A stretch of 64,000 nucleotides of DNA from an uncultured cyanobacterium (GTDB lineage Bacteria; Cyanobacteriota; Cyanobacteriia; Cyanobacteriales; Cyanobacteriaceae), in assembly GCA_963710605.1 (NCBI GenBank), contig CAVQBA010000004.1, positions 800,001 to 864,000 of the forward strand, written 5' to 3'. The stretch's first letter is position 1. The number at the start of each line of letters is the position of its first letter. This document shows, piece after piece, positions 1 through 11,554 of the stretch. Under the pieces are notes generated by a model. That model searched no databases and had not been told where the DNA came from. It saw only the letters and a program-made list of their open reading frames with translations. Made by a program: the position numbers and the translations under genes.

Positions 1-161
1 ATCTTTTTACACTAAACTGATATCGATATTACTTATAAAATAATTGTTGGGATTCGCTTTTTTTTAGTTTTGGTTTATAGTTCAGTTTTTTTGAGGCTTA
101 ACCATTCTCTACGAAAGATACAATCAGCCGAAAGCTGGTGTTGTGCGATCGTGCTATTGTA

Positions 162-527
162 TTAATCAATTATTATATTTTCAAGTGATTTTGATTCTAA
201 CTCTCCTTTTTTTGTTGATATGAACCATGCTATATCTCCAATATTTGGTTCACGGTTTAATTGATTCCATTCCTTTTCTATCCTACTTATTATTTCTGTA
301 TTAGACATTTGCCATATTTCAAACTGACTTTTACTATTAAAGGTACCTACTTCAATCAAGTTATCATTCAATAGTTCTCTAATTAATTTCAAGCATTGAT
401 TTTTAATTGAGACAGTATCCAATTTCGGATTGTAATCTTCGATTTCTACTATGACAGACCACAAACCTACATAATCTTCAGCTGCTTCCATCAATAATAA
501 TTTTTTAATTTTTAGTTGATTAGTCAT
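162..527 (-). CDS. Hypothetical protein (121 aa)
   Basis: Clean ORF; no family recognised. Confidence 0.7.
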   Translation of the reverse strand: MTNQLKIKKLLLMEAAEDYVGLWSVIVEIEDYNPKLDTVSIKNQCLKLIRELLNDNLIEVGTFNSKSQFEIWQMSNTEIISRIEKEWNQLNREPNIGDIAWFISTKKGELESKSLENIIID

Positions 528-650
528 TTTTATTAACGTATATTTAAGGGGTAAATTTTATTTTTTTAATATAAATATCAGGAATTTTTACATCTACAGT
601 TACATTTGTTTCAAGATTTTTAGTTGCTTTATCTCTCACACCAACTATAT

Positions 651-1739
651 TTAAAAACTAATCTCTCCTGCACTTAATAATTCCCATAAATCATTTTCCC
701 ATGAATCTTCAACTAGTCTAATTTTCGCAGGTTTAATTATTTTTATATTTGTACCTAAAGTAGCTACAGGAATTTTACTTTCGGTGGTGAATAATTTACT
801 TAAAATTGTTAGCGTTAAAGTTGTTTTGTCAAAAATTTCTAGTGGGTTAGGGAATAAATAATGACAGTCTTCTCCTTTTTTAGCTAAATATTCACCATAT
901 TTATTAGCTTCTAAATAAACTTTAATTGATTTACCTTGTAAAATACTATTTTCTGTATTGTTAGACAATTGTAGTTTATCTGTATCGCTATTTAATTGAG
1001 AAAATTCTTGCGGATTTTGATAATAAAGATTAATTAATTGGCAATAATCTGGTTCAAGTTTTTTAATTCGATCGTCTAAAATTTTGATTTGTTCATTTAA
1101 TTGACTGTTTCTTTGATTAATCTGCTGTAGTATATTTAATAGTTTTTCGATCGATTCTGGTGTTTGTTTTTCTTCATAAATTACCTTTTCTAATTCAGAC
1201 ATTACTTTAACCAAAGGAGAATCTTCTTCTACAGACAATTTCCCCTGTTTATTTACTTGCCACTGTTTTCCACTCGGTAAAATTTCTAACTCAGTTGGAG
1301 TAATTAAATTTAGCTTAGGTGATATCTTATCTCTATTTCCTTGAATAGTAAATAATAATGTCAAACTTTTAAGACGATGAATTTTAAGTTTAGAAGAAAA
1401 ATTAGGTATTAAATAATATTTTTTATTCAGATTATTTTCAATTAAAATAACTAAATATTTTCCTCTTGTTGTTTGTTCAACAATTAAATTATTTTTATCT
1501 GGCGATCGGTAACTTTCGGCTTGTAAAGACACTCGTTTACCATATTCTATTAATAGTTGAGGTATATCATTATAAATATCAATTAGCTTATCTAAAGACA
1601 AGTTTAAAGGTTTTATTTGATTATCAAGAGGATTTGTATTGATAATAATTGCTTCTTTTGATTCTAATTCACTTATTCTCTTTTCTAGCTTCTGTACATA
1701 AGTGAATATTTTTTCTAATTCAGAATTATTACTCATCAA
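651..1739 (-). CDS. Hypothetical protein with two coiled-coil segments and an internally duplicated domain (362 aa)
   Basis: ORF; motifs GKYL..YYLIPN..WQVNKQGKL and GEYL..HYLFPN..WELLSAGEI recur. Confidence 0.75.
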   Translation of the reverse strand: MMSNNSELEKIFTYVQKLEKRISELESKEAIIINTNPLDNQIKPLNLSLDKLIDIYNDIPQLLIEYGKRVSLQAESYRSPDKNNLIVEQTTRGKYLVILIENNLNKKYYLIPNFSSKLKIHRLKSLTLLFTIQGNRDKISPKLNLITPTELEILPSGKQWQVNKQGKLSVEEDSPLVKVMSELEKVIYEEKQTPESIEKLLNILQQINQRNSQLNEQIKILDDRIKKLEPDYCQLINLYYQNPQEFSQLNSDTDKLQLSNNTENSILQGKSIKVYLEANKYGEYLAKKGEDCHYLFPNPLEIFDKTTLTLTILSKLFTTESKIPVATLGTNIKIIKPAKIRLVEDSWENDLWELLSAGEISF

Positions 1740-2368
1740 CTATTTTTTCAAGTTTAATTTTTATTATGCTCAACAATTTAAAATATGTCTAATATATTTT
1801 GGTAAATAAGGAATTATTAAAGTAGTAATCTAACTGATCAAAATTTAATAGATTAATTATTTTTTAATTTAGGCGACTAATTAAATAGATTATTAATCAT
1901 CATATTATTATATTAATAACTTAGGTGAAAATTATGGTTATTTTTAATTAAAACTGAATAGTTACAATTCTAATAACTCTTTGAGTAACAGTTTTAAATC
2001 TTCCAAAATCAATCAAAACTATTTCAACCTGAATTGAAATGGTTGTCTGTTTTACCAGTAAATTAAATAAAGATTATTATCTAATATAATTATATTATCT
2101 GACTACTACCTTTGTTTAAAACAATAGTCATTGATTACTATTAGGCATTACAAATAGTTGTTTACTACCTTAAATATTACTCAATTAGTTTATACTTTTG
2201 TATCTTTTATCTCAACATTAAGCTTCTGTTTTCAGTTTTTGATTTATTTTGATTGATTAAAAGCATATTTTTCTTAACAACTTGTAATAATATTTGTCTA
2301 GTAGTAAAGTGATCTTGTATTGTAAGGCTGTAAGGATCAATCATTGTTACGCTAAAAACAAAAAGTAA

Positions 2369-2499
2369 TAAGTAGCCCCAATTAATTAAACGTCAGAAAG
2401 ATTAAGTTCGTAGTATGGGCTTAAGCCCATATCTTAAAAGCTTTTGAGACCCCTTTAGGGGTAACTACAAACTTTCTTTTATTTAGGTGGAGCTACTTA
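2369..2499. mobile_element. MITE-like element with internal palindrome
   Basis: Imperfect terminal inverted repeats TAAGTAGCCCCAATTAATTAAA / TTTATTTAGGTGGAGCTACTTA; internal ATGGGCTTAAGCCCAT hairpin; no ORF. Confidence 0.55.
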
Positions 2500-3111
2500 G
2501 TAATATTCTTAATATGATGACCAAGCTAATATCCTTTTTAGTGTTATTAAAAAGATAAAATTATAGCGAATGGCGGTTATTGAGCTTGTTCAATTAAGTA
2601 AAATATCGATTTTTTTGAGTTTTGCTATGTTGATTTAGCTTAAAAGAGAAAACTTAGATAATCAAGATAGATAATAAAATTTTATCTGATTGTCTTATTT
2701 ATTCTTTTTATTCTCGTTATTGTGTAGGTTATTGATTCTGATTAAAGAACTTGTATCTATAGCTATATCATTTGTTGCTGATGATTTTAGGCTGAGGATT
2801 TAGCTCATACCATCCGTGACAAATTACTCTGTAAATTATTAATAATGCTGTATTTATTGCTTAGATATTATTAATAAATCAATTAGTAGTATTTGTTCGT
2901 TTAATCGCTAAAAAATATTTGTATAAAATTAAAATATTAAAGACAAATAATTAAAATTAGTATCAATTACTAAAGTAATTTATTGACTTAATTGTAAATA
3001 TTTAAATAGTCAGACATAATGGAGTATTCATACAGTATATTTGGCTAACAACAGATTCTTTCATCGCTAATTATTCACTAATCAACATCACTTTTTTTGG
3101 GGTAGAAAAAG

Positions 3112-3492
3112 ATGTCTAGAAGAAAGAAAAAGTTCACTTGTGGTCATATAGGTTACGGAAAAGTTTGTCATAAATGTGTGCAAAAACAAACTCTTAAACA
3201 GCAGATAAAGAATGAGAAAAATGCGTGGAAAGATAGTTTTGCTAACGATATAATTGATTTAAGGTCTTTACCTAAAAATGTGGTGGTTAAAGCTAGACAA
3301 ATTATACAAGATATCCAAAAAAATACTTGCTATACTTATTTTAGAGGAAAAAGACTCAGACACGATCGATTTATTATTAGTATTCCCGTTACACGGCATT
3401 ATCGCTTAATTTGTCGAGATCATGGTAGTCTAGTTGTTCCTGAAGCTGTTGTCTCTCACGAAGATTATAATGTTTGTAAACCGGGGGGTTAA
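3112..3492 (+). CDS. Small basic protein with N-terminal Cys/His (putative zinc) motif and RelE/ParE-like C-terminal region
   Basis: CGH-x6-CHKC motif; IISIPVTRHYRLICR..VSHEDYN resembles RelE/ParE-fold strands (inference). Confidence 0.55.
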   Translation: MSRRKKKFTCGHIGYGKVCHKCVQKQTLKQQIKNEKNAWKDSFANDIIDLRSLPKNVVVKARQIIQDIQKNTCYTYFRGKRLRHDRFIISIPVTRHYRLICRDHGSLVVPEAVVSHEDYNVCKPGG

Positions 3493-3633
3493 TCGTTATA
3501 GTTACTTGTTTCCAAAATATTGATAGTGACAATTTAATTATTGATAGTTATTTTAGCTTTACTTTTTAGATGGATAATTGAACGCTACTAATTAATTATC
3601 CATCAGTAACTATCAATCATCACAAGAATAAAT

Positions 3634-4410
3634 TTATTTTTCTTCTTTTTTAGTCGGCACTACTTGTGTATTTGGTAGAGTAAATATTTTATCAGCATAA
3701 TCACCTAAACCAACTGAGGTTAATAGTTGTTGCCATTGCTCTGGTTGAGACTCTCGTAAAGTATAAGTTAAAGATAAAGTTTCGCTCCAGATATTTTGAT
3801 TAGCATATAATTGGGCTTGAGCGACAGTATTTTCTTGAGCCAATGTTTCTAACTGTGCTTGAACTTCTGATGGTAAACTCACTCTCTCGATAATTCCTTT
3901 AGTGTAATTACCTGTATTAATAAACATTGGTTGACAAATTAAGGATACTTCCCATTGATATTTTTGGTTTGTTTGTAACTCCATTGTTTGAGGAAGGTTA
4001 ATCGTCATGACGTAATTTCCATCTGTAATCTGAATTTCTTGAAAATTAACGTTTTCTCCATTTTGGTTAGTAATCGCAAATTGCAAAAATTTAGCTTTAG
4101 TTTTGGGTATGTAAACGAATAATTGAGGTTGTCCAGAAACTGTTTTAATGTAATTATTATCACCCGGAGTAAATGCTTTAATTGTTTGATTGCCTGATAT
4201 ACAGCCACCTCTTCTACCTCCTGCGGCGGTACTTTTTGGTGGATTTCTTTCTGGTGCGTCAGGAAATTCGATCGCATTTACCTGAGGAGGAATTATTGTT
4301 AAGCTACACATCAATCCAACTGATAAAGGAATTATTTTTAACCAAGAATGTTGAGGTGGTAATTTTCGACTCATGATCAATTCTCCCGAGATAGATTTGT
4401 GATTAGACAA
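3634..4410 (-). CDS. DUF928 domain exported protein
   Basis: Signal peptide, PxxTxxGGRRGxC, P-LFVYIP, YQWxVSLIC, YAxxxIW, W..LL.SVGL motifs. Confidence 0.85.
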   Translation of the reverse strand: MSNHKSISGELIMSRKLPPQHSWLKIIPLSVGLMCSLTIIPPQVNAIEFPDAPERNPPKSTAAGGRRGGCISGNQTIKAFTPGDNNYIKTVSGQPQLFVYIPKTKAKFLQFAITNQNGENVNFQEIQITDGNYVMTINLPQTMELQTNQKYQWEVSLICQPMFINTGNYTKGIIERVSLPSEVQAQLETLAQENTVAQAQLYANQNIWSETLSLTYTLRESQPEQWQQLLTSVGLGDYADKIFTLPNTQVVPTKKEEK

Positions 4411-4539
4411 ATTATTTACATTATATAAATAGAGCTAAGTGAATAAATTATTAAAAATATTAAAATTTGTTGCCAATGAATAATACTATTAAGACTAAAT
4501 TAATCTATTTATTGTTCCTTAAAAATGATTAATTACTTA

Positions 4540-5220
4540 TTACATAAAAGGTAAAATTATTCCGGGTGGTTGAGCATATAATCCAATTTCAAATAAATCT
4601 CTTGCACCTGTTACTCCTTGCCCTGCAAATAATAATAAGGCTAGACAGTTAAGAATAATATGAACATTACGCCATTTTAAAGATTTATCACGGTAAATAT
4701 TATCAATAATAGCGATCGAAAAAATCATCAATAAACAGACTAAAACTCCATAATAATAGTGAGAGACATACCATTCATTTGTACGACGAAAAATACCATC
4801 TTGACATCCTAATATAACAACGCCCATACCACTTAAAGTTGCAAAAACGCCTCGCCAAAGCTTCTCTCTTGCTGATAATAAAAAATAAAAAGATACAGCG
4901 GTAAGAACAAACAGAAAAACTAAAAAGATAAACTGAAAAGTATTAGTACTCCACAATTCTAGTTTGAGAATATTTTTCACAATAATTGGTCTGGCTAAAC
5001 CGACTAAGGTGACAATAAAAACTGCACCAGATAGTAATTTACCAATTTGAACGTGGGTTTTACCCACCGCAGGAGGTATTTTACTTTTATTTCCGGCTTT
5101 GATACTCAGTCTTCTTTGTCTTGTTTCCCATGCAAAATAAGAAACGATACCGATCAAGGGAAAAACACCGATAACAACTAATATAGGGTGTATTAGTAAT
5201 GTAAATTGCTCTAGAGTCAT
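4540..5220 (-). CDS. DUF4079-like integral membrane protein
   Basis: Multiple TM helices, HP, H..G, WRxxHxxLN, GQGVTGARDL motifs. Confidence 0.75.
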   Translation of the reverse strand: MTLEQFTLLIHPILVVIGVFPLIGIVSYFAWETRQRRLSIKAGNKSKIPPAVGKTHVQIGKLLSGAVFIVTLVGLARPIIVKNILKLELWSTNTFQFIFLVFLFVLTAVSFYFLLSAREKLWRGVFATLSGMGVVILGCQDGIFRRTNEWYVSHYYYGVLVCLLMIFSIAIIDNIYRDKSLKWRNVHIILNCLALLLFAGQGVTGARDLFEIGLYAQPPGIILPFM

Positions 5221-5479
5221 AATAATTACTACATTGAGATTTTTAACTTATCATAGTAATTAATTTAACTAACAAAACTTGAAAAAAACTTAATTTTTAA
5301 TCAATATTTTCTCAGAAAAGAAATATTTTGTTTTTCAAACTTGTACTTTTTCAGACGTACAACGATCGATTTGTTATTAGCTTATATAGTATCTTTGTTT
5401 AGTTAAATCAATATTTATCTACGTCTGTATTTAATTATTTATTATGTTTTAGTTTCAATTTAAAGAGCCAAAATTAGAA

Positions 5480-5830
5480 TTACAAAAAACTGATCGTCAA
5501 AGGATATTTCCATAGTTTACCTTCATTTGCTTTAATACCGCCGATAACAGGAAAAACAAGACTCATACCAATCAAAATAGGGATTAATAATAGTCCAATT
5601 ACGACGATCGAAAGAACACCACAAATAACACTATAGATAACAGAAGTGATTATCCAATTAGTAACCATTCTGCCATGAGCATCGATTTCGGGAAATTCAT
5701 CTTTTTTAATTTGCCAAAGAATAATCGGAGCGGCAAAACCCAAATAAGGTACAACTAAACCGCTCAGTAAAGAAAAATGAATCAACATTGCCCATTTTTG
5801 TATTTCTTTTTGTCTGTCATTACTATTCAT
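5480..5830 (-). CDS. DUF4870 family membrane protein
   Basis: WAMLIH..PIILW..DAHG..NW..GIKANEG..YP motifs. Confidence 0.85.
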   Translation of the reverse strand: MNSNDRQKEIQKWAMLIHFSLLSGLVVPYLGFAAPIILWQIKKDEFPEIDAHGRMVTNWIITSVIYSVICGVLSIVVIGLLLIPILIGMSLVFPVIGGIKANEGKLWKYPLTISFL

Positions 5831-5940
5831 GATTAATATTTTTTATTTCTAAATAAATCTAGATAAATATTAACCTGTGTTGATTAAAAATCAAAAGATA
5901 TTTGTACTATTACTTAAATTAATTAAAACACGATCGAGCT

Positions 5941-5969
5941 ATAGGGAAGTTATATTACAACGTCCCTAC
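5941..5969. repeat. GTAG-type REP-like palindrome
   Basis: ATAGGGAAGTTATATTACAACGTCCCTAC, related to copies at 22762 and 56205. Confidence 0.55.
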
Positions 5970-6106
5970 TATATTAAATTTATGAACTGATAATTTCGCT
6001 ATAGCTATAGTCAAAAAAAAACTAAACTTAGCAAATATAATTTATCTATTTAAGATTAGAAACCAACATTTTATCAATCGTAAAAATAATTCTTCATTCT
6101 CAATTA

Positions 6107-6922
6107 TTATCCAAATCTCCCACTAACATAATCACGAGTTGCTTGTTGAGTCGGATTACTAAATATATTTTCAGTTTGATCAAATTCAACCAAATAACCA
6201 ACTTTGCTACCTTCACCGACTGCTTCGGCATTAAAAAAAGCAGTTAAATCAGCAACTCTAGTCGCTTGCTGCATATTATGAGTTACAATTACGATCGTGT
6301 ATTTTTGCTTTAATTCGTGCATTAATTCTTCGATTTTAAGAGTAGAAATAGGATCTAAAGCAGAACAAGGTTCATCCATTAATACTACCTCAGGTTCGGC
6401 GGCGATCGTACGAGCAATACATAATCTTTGTTGTTGTCCACCAGAAAGAGAAAAACCACTTTCTTGTAACTTATCTTTTACTTCATCCCATAAAACAGCA
6501 CGACGCAAGGAAGTCTCAACTAACTCATCAAGATCACCTTTATATTTATTGACTCTAGCACCATAGGCAACATTATCATAAATAGTTTTAGGGAAAGGAT
6601 TAGGGCGTTGAAATACCATACCGATTTGTTTTCTTACCTCAATCGGATCGATATCTTTAGCATATAAATCTTGTCCATGATAAGTAACTTTTCCTTTTAA
6701 ACTAAATGAACTAATCAAATCATTAAGACGATTAAAACATCTTAGAATTGTACTTTTACCACATCCTGATGGACCAATAAAAGCAGTTACTTTATTTTTC
6801 GGTATCTCTAGATTTACACCTGCTACGGCTTTATACTTGCCATAAAATATATCTACGTTACGAACATCTAAAACTGTTTGTTGAATAGACTTTTCAAAAC
6901 TAACTGGGTTGGTTTGTATCAT
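6107..6922 (-). CDS. pstB: Phosphate ABC transporter ATP-binding protein
   Basis: [38 protein letters not shown]. Confidence 0.97.
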   Translation of the reverse strand: MIQTNPVSFEKSIQQTVLDVRNVDIFYGKYKAVAGVNLEIPKNKVTAFIGPSGCGKSTILRCFNRLNDLISSFSLKGKVTYHGQDLYAKDIDPIEVRKQIGMVFQRPNPFPKTIYDNVAYGARVNKYKGDLDELVETSLRRAVLWDEVKDKLQESGFSLSGGQQQRLCIARTIAAEPEVVLMDEPCSALDPISTLKIEELMHELKQKYTIVIVTHNMQQATRVADLTAFFNAEAVGEGSKVGYLVEFDQTENIFSNPTQQATRDYVSGRFG

Positions 6923-6958
6923 TGATTCAAATCCTTACTGAAAAAATAAGCGATAAAT

Positions 6959-7843
6959 TTAATAAACTTGTTTGCGAGTAGCTAATCTGGCAAGTACACT
7001 AGTAATTAATACTAAGAATACCAATATTAAAGAACCTGCCCAAGCTAATTGTTGTTGAGGTTCAAAAGGCAGAATGGCAAAATTATAAACCAAAACTGAT
7101 AAAGTAGCGATCGGCTCTAATAAACCTTCTGCAGATACATTTGGCCAAAAATTAGAATACAAAGCCGTAAAAATCAAAGGTGCTGTTTCACCTGCCGCCC
7201 TTGCTATTGCTAAAGTAACACCAGTGATGATACCCGGTAACGCCGCAGGGAGAACAATTTTAAGGACAGTTTGATAGTTATATGCCCCCACACCCAAAGC
7301 CGCCCAACGAATTTCTTGAGGGACAATTTTAAGTGCTTCATCTGCTGTGCGGATAATTGTTGGTAACATCAACACGGCTAAAGCTACACCCCCTGCTACG
7401 GAGGAAAAGCCAGTTATTTGTGTAGAAACTAACAAACCATAAGCAAAAATTCCCGCAATAATCGAAGGTACACCACTTAATACATTAGTCGCAAAACGAA
7501 TAAAAGTAGCGAATTTATTACCACCACTAAATTCAGAAAGATAAACAGCCGTCATAATCCCGATCGGCACAGCAATTAGAGTCGCAACTCCCACTACAAC
7601 TAATGTTCCTTGAATTGCATTTCCTAAACCTCCTTCTGATAATCCCGGTGGTGGTGGTAACTCAGTCAATAAATTAAAATTCAGACGACTAAAACCTTGA
7701 ACGATAACAAAATAAAGAACCGCACCTAAAGGTATTAAGGTGATAATTAAACATAAAGCACTAATACCCGTCATTACTGAACCAACAATGGCACGAGTAC
7801 TAGTCGGTTTCTTTTTTAAACTGGCTATTGGAGAAACAGTCAT
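6959..7843 (-). CDS. pstA: Phosphate ABC transporter permease
   Basis: LSGVPSII, ARAAGETAPL motifs; operon context. Confidence 0.96.
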   Translation of the reverse strand: MTVSPIASLKKKPTSTRAIVGSVMTGISALCLIITLIPLGAVLYFVIVQGFSRLNFNLLTELPPPPGLSEGGLGNAIQGTLVVVGVATLIAVPIGIMTAVYLSEFSGGNKFATFIRFATNVLSGVPSIIAGIFAYGLLVSTQITGFSSVAGGVALAVLMLPTIIRTADEALKIVPQEIRWAALGVGAYNYQTVLKIVLPAALPGIITGVTLAIARAAGETAPLIFTALYSNFWPNVSAEGLLEPIATLSVLVYNFAILPFEPQQQLAWAGSLILVFLVLITSVLARLATRKQVY

Positions 7844-7848
7844 AATAA

Positions 7849-7932
7849 TTGAGTAATGAGTAAGAAGTAATGAGTAATGAGTAAGAAATCTTAATTGTCA
7901 ATTGTCAATTATCAATTATCAATTATCAATTA
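7849..7932. repeat. Heptamer tandem repeats (TGAGTAA/AAGTAAT then ATTGTCA/ATTATCA)
   Basis: Direct reading between pstC and pstA. Confidence 0.85.
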
Positions 7933-7939
7933 ATACTTG

Positions 7940-8899
7940 TTATTCGTATTTAGCTTTAACTTGGTTGACAATAAATTCGGCTAAGATATTGACAATTAAA
8001 GTTAAAATCATCAATACTAAACCTGCATACATTAAAGCTGAGATTTGTAATCCATCGGCTTCAGCAAACTGGTTAGCAATTAATGAAGCGATCGTATTAG
8101 CAGGATCTAAAATCGAAAGACTCAAACGATTAGAGTTACCGATAATCATTGTTGCCGCCATGGTTTCACCCATCGCTCTACCTAAAGCTAACATCGTTCC
8201 CCCCACAATCCCCGAAACTGCCGCCGGAATTAAAACTCGAAAAATAGTTTCCCATCGACTTGCCCCTAAACCCAAGGATGCTTGACGCAAATCTGAAGGC
8301 AAAGAAGCCAAAGAATCACGAGAAATAGCAATAATAATGGGTAAAATCATAATCGCTAAAACTATCCCCGCAGGTAACATACCAGGCCCTGCCGGTTCGC
8401 TACCAAACAAAGGAAACCAACTAAAATTATCGTGCAACCAAGTACCAAAAACTTTGGTTAAAGGAATTAAAACAAAAATCCCCCATAATCCGTAAACTAC
8501 GCTTGGTATAGCGGCGAGGAGTTCAACTAAAAATACCAGTACAGTACGTACTCCTTCTGGTAAAAAGTCTTCACTTAAAAATACTGCCGCTCCTAATCCT
8601 AAAGGTATAGCAATTATTAAAGCAATCAAAGAACTAACTAAAGTACCATAAATAACCGCTAAAACACCATATTCTTTTGTAACAGGATTCCAATTACTGT
8701 TAGTGAAAAAACGCCAGTTATATTCAACAATAGCTGGCCATCCTCCTTTAGCAACAATGAAAGCGATACTAATTAAAATCAGTGCAATACTAATGGCGAA
8801 AATTAAAGTTAACCAACGAAATCCTTGATCTAATTTTTTTTCTAATGGCGATCGTGTACTAGCAAAACCATTATCATTGCTATAATCTGAACTTGTCAT
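7940..8899 (-). CDS. pstC: Phosphate ABC transporter permease
   Basis: ELLAAIPSVVYGLWG, LGRAMGETMA motifs. Confidence 0.96.
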   Translation of the reverse strand: MTSSDYSNDNGFASTRSPLEKKLDQGFRWLTLIFAISIALILISIAFIVAKGGWPAIVEYNWRFFTNSNWNPVTKEYGVLAVIYGTLVSSLIALIIAIPLGLGAAVFLSEDFLPEGVRTVLVFLVELLAAIPSVVYGLWGIFVLIPLTKVFGTWLHDNFSWFPLFGSEPAGPGMLPAGIVLAIMILPIIIAISRDSLASLPSDLRQASLGLGASRWETIFRVLIPAAVSGIVGGTMLALGRAMGETMAATMIIGNSNRLSLSILDPANTIASLIANQFAEADGLQISALMYAGLVLMILTLIVNILAEFIVNQVKAKYE

Positions 8900-9193
8900 T
8901 ATAAGATATTAAATAATTTGACTCAATAAAAATAAAAGTTATTTATTTGTCGATTGAAACTGATTAGTTTAGATTTTCAGCCCTAAAATAAGTTCTTTGT
9001 TTTTGAATAAAAATACAGATCATTCAAATGAATAATGGGTAAGACTTTCTGGAAATAGAATAATTTTCCCTCAGCTAAAAATTAATTTTGACTGACGTTG
9101 AAATACTCAAAGCGAGGAGTTAAGGGAATTAAAATTATATTCCCCTAACCAACCTAATCTTCTATTTCTACTGTAATTAACAAAAGTTAAATT

Positions 9194-10331
9194 CTAGTTA
9201 ACGTTAATTGTATAATCAGGTGTAATGGCATCAGCTTTTGCCGCTACTTTTTCAATCACATTTTGAGGTAAGGGAATATATCCTAGTTGAGGTGCACTTT
9301 TTTGTCCTTCGGTTAAGCCATATTGAATCATCGCTTCTACTGCGATCGCTGTGTTAGGATCATCATATTGCTCGTAAGCTAAAAGCCATGTATAAGTAAC
9401 GATCGGATAAGAATCAGGCACCTTCTGGATCTAAAATGAAGGCACGTAAGTTATCAGGTAACTCAACATTAGCCAATGTTTTAGAAGCACTTTCATCACT
9501 AGGTACAATAAACTCACCTGAGCTATTTTCTAAAGCCGCCATTGTTAAACCATTGTTTTTAGCATAACCATACTCGACATAACCCATCGAACCTTCATTT
9601 TGCTTTAAGGTTGCGGTAATACCTTCATTACCTTTACCACCGAGGAAGCTACCTTTATTAGTTGGCCATTGTACTGTCTTACCATCACCAATAGTATCTT
9701 TCCATTCAGGACTAATCGCACTAAAATGCTTAGTTAAAACTCCTGTTGTACCACTACCATCAGAGCGATGTACAAAAGTGATCGGTTTGTCTGGTAATTC
9801 TAAATCGGGATTATCAGCAACAATTGCGGGGTCATTCCATTGCGTTATATTACCTAAAGCAATATTGGTGTAAGTTTCCCTACTTAGTTGTAAACCTTCC
9901 ACACCCGGTAAGTTATAAGCAAAAACAATACTTCCTGCTGTCATCGGTAAAAGTAAAACACCTCTGCTAACTTGAGCTATTTCTTCATCTTTCATGGCTA
10001 CATCACTTGCACCAAAATCAACTGTTTCGGAGATAAATTGTTTAACCCCAGCACCACTACCAACAGATTGATAATTAACCTGCAAATCGGGTGCAACACC
10101 AGCTAGTTGTGAAAACCAGTTTTGGTATAAAGGAGAAGGAAAAGATGCACCTGCACCGTTAATTTGAACTGTTTCTTCAAAAGGTAATGATAATTCTGCT
10201 GTTTCTCCTTGAACGGTTTCTCCTGGATCGACTGTAGCCGCATCGTCACCTGTTCCTCCACAAGCGGTAATTCCTAGTGCTAAAGCACCTACGGATAAAT
10301 AAGAGAGTAATTTATGATTATTTTTTAGCAT
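9194..10331 (-). CDS. pstS: Phosphate-binding lipoprotein PstS, split by a +1 frameshift near 9417-9418
   Basis: Lipobox ITAC, GAGASFP, VDFGASD, RSDGSGTT; removing one base joins DPEGA to DSYPIVTYTW giving 378 aa. Confidence 0.93.
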
Positions 10332-10398
10332 GATATTTTAATTTTAAAAAACTTAACAGTATCTTGCCTTTAATAATAATATGAACTGTGCTTTTCTT

Positions 10399-10417
10399 TG
10401 GTAAAGGGAAGGTTAAG
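10399..10417 (-). promoter_or_regulatory. Pho box (SphR/PhoB site) upstream of pstS
   Basis: Minus strand CTTAACCT-tcc-CTTTACCA, matching PyTTAAPyPy(T/A) repeats with 3-bp spacer. Confidence 0.75.
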
Positions 10418-10802
10418 AAGCTAATTATTCTTGATTATCAATGAATTTTATTATTCCTAATATCTAATTAACAATATCAGAAAATCAAATAGAAATTTTA
10501 AAATTCAATAACGATATCTATTTATTTCAATACTAAATGATTAGCTATATTTAAAAAGAAAATCAAATTTTTAATTCTCAATAACTATCAACTACTAATT
10601 ATTGCTATCTTTTCCTTTATGTTTGAGCTAAAAAGTTAGATAAAAAAAGATCATGTCACAGTTAATTAGTGACTAATTAGTAAGATAAACTTATATTCAT
10701 TCATTACTTAGTCTGTTTTTAAACTAATAAAAATTAAATTAACTATATTTCTTTAATTAAGACAAACTATTGACTTTCAAAAGACATTTTCGCCTATTTA
10801 GG

Positions 10803-11318
10803 CTAAAAAAATAACAAGCCAAACAAGGTAAAAAAAGAAAGTAATAAAGTCAACCAAATAAAATTATTATCTTGATTATTAACAGTACTCATATCTACTA
10901 ATTCGATTTGACGTTTAGGTTTTGGTTGCTTATTTTTCTTAGTTATTGGTTGATATTTTTGAGGATTATCATCCGATAATTGCATTTCAGGAATTTGCGT
11001 CATCCATTCTGATGGGCGTTGTAATTTTGGTGCTTGAATAATGTAGAGTAATCTTTGAGCTTGTTGTTTAGTTTTACTACGAGGATGAGTCATTAATTCG
11101 TGGCATAATTCGATCGCTTTTTGGCTATCACCAAGTGCTTGATAAGCATTAATTAACCACATTTTGACTTCTTCTCCTAAACGACTATAAGGAGAAACTA
11201 ACTTTTCAGCTTGATGTAGGTTTTGAATGCTGACACGATACCGCCCTTGCTCAAAAGCTAATTTACCAATTTGATATTTTAGTTCAAATTCTTTTTCAGG
11301 TAGAGAATTTCCAGTCAC
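10803..11318 (-). CDS. TPR-like protein with C-terminal TM helix (start probably GTG at 11318)
   Basis: Helical repeat GKLAFEQGRY..AYQALG; longer ORF start runs into the 6S RNA and a heptamer repeat. Confidence 0.75.
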   Translation of the reverse strand: MTGNSLPEKEFELKYQIGKLAFEQGRYRVSIQNLHQAEKLVSPYSRLGEEVKMWLINAYQALGDSQKAIELCHELMTHPRSKTKQQAQRLLYIIQAPKLQRPSEWMTQIPEMQLSDDNPQKYQPITKKNKQPKPKRQIELVDMSTVNNQDNNFIWLTLLLSFFTLFGLLFF

Positions 11319-11348
11319 GATTGATAGTTGATAGTTATTAATTAATAA

Positions 11349-11510
11349 TGGTAGAAGCGGTGAAAGAGGTCTAACTCCACCCCCAACCAATAATACGGCT
11401 CGCTCAGGTGCTTAAGATACCGAACTTCCACTCTTGATAGTTTGCTTAGATATTACAGAGGCGAAAAAAGGCTGAGTAATACACCGAATGTTCACTCCTG
11501 AGCGTTGAGA
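11349..11510 (-). ncRNA. ssrS: 6S RNA (cyanobacterial SsaA/SsrS); ends approximate
   Basis: Minus strand CGCTCAGG..CCTGAGCG closing stem, GAGTGAACATTCGGTGTATTAC and ATCAAGAGTGGAAGTTCGGTATC segments recognised from cyanobacterial 6S RNA; GC-richer than flanks. Confidence 0.8.
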
Positions 11511-11554
11511 CTTAAGCTTTAAGAGGTAAAAATTATTTTTGATTCACAATTTTT

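Noticed and set aside
9411-9420. Programmed +1 frameshifting at stop codons (GCC TGA in pstS, CAG TAG in the RTX gene) like prfB
   Set aside because: No slippery codon or internal SD seen; the fmt and cbiQ shifts occur upstream of their stops; nearby stops are expected in AT-rich alternative frames
11319-11390. N-terminal ORF extensions reading INNYQLSI (also 37920-37970 and ORF 7902-8285)
   Set aside because: Translation of ATTATCA/ATTGTCA heptamer repeats and the 6S RNA end, not a protein motif
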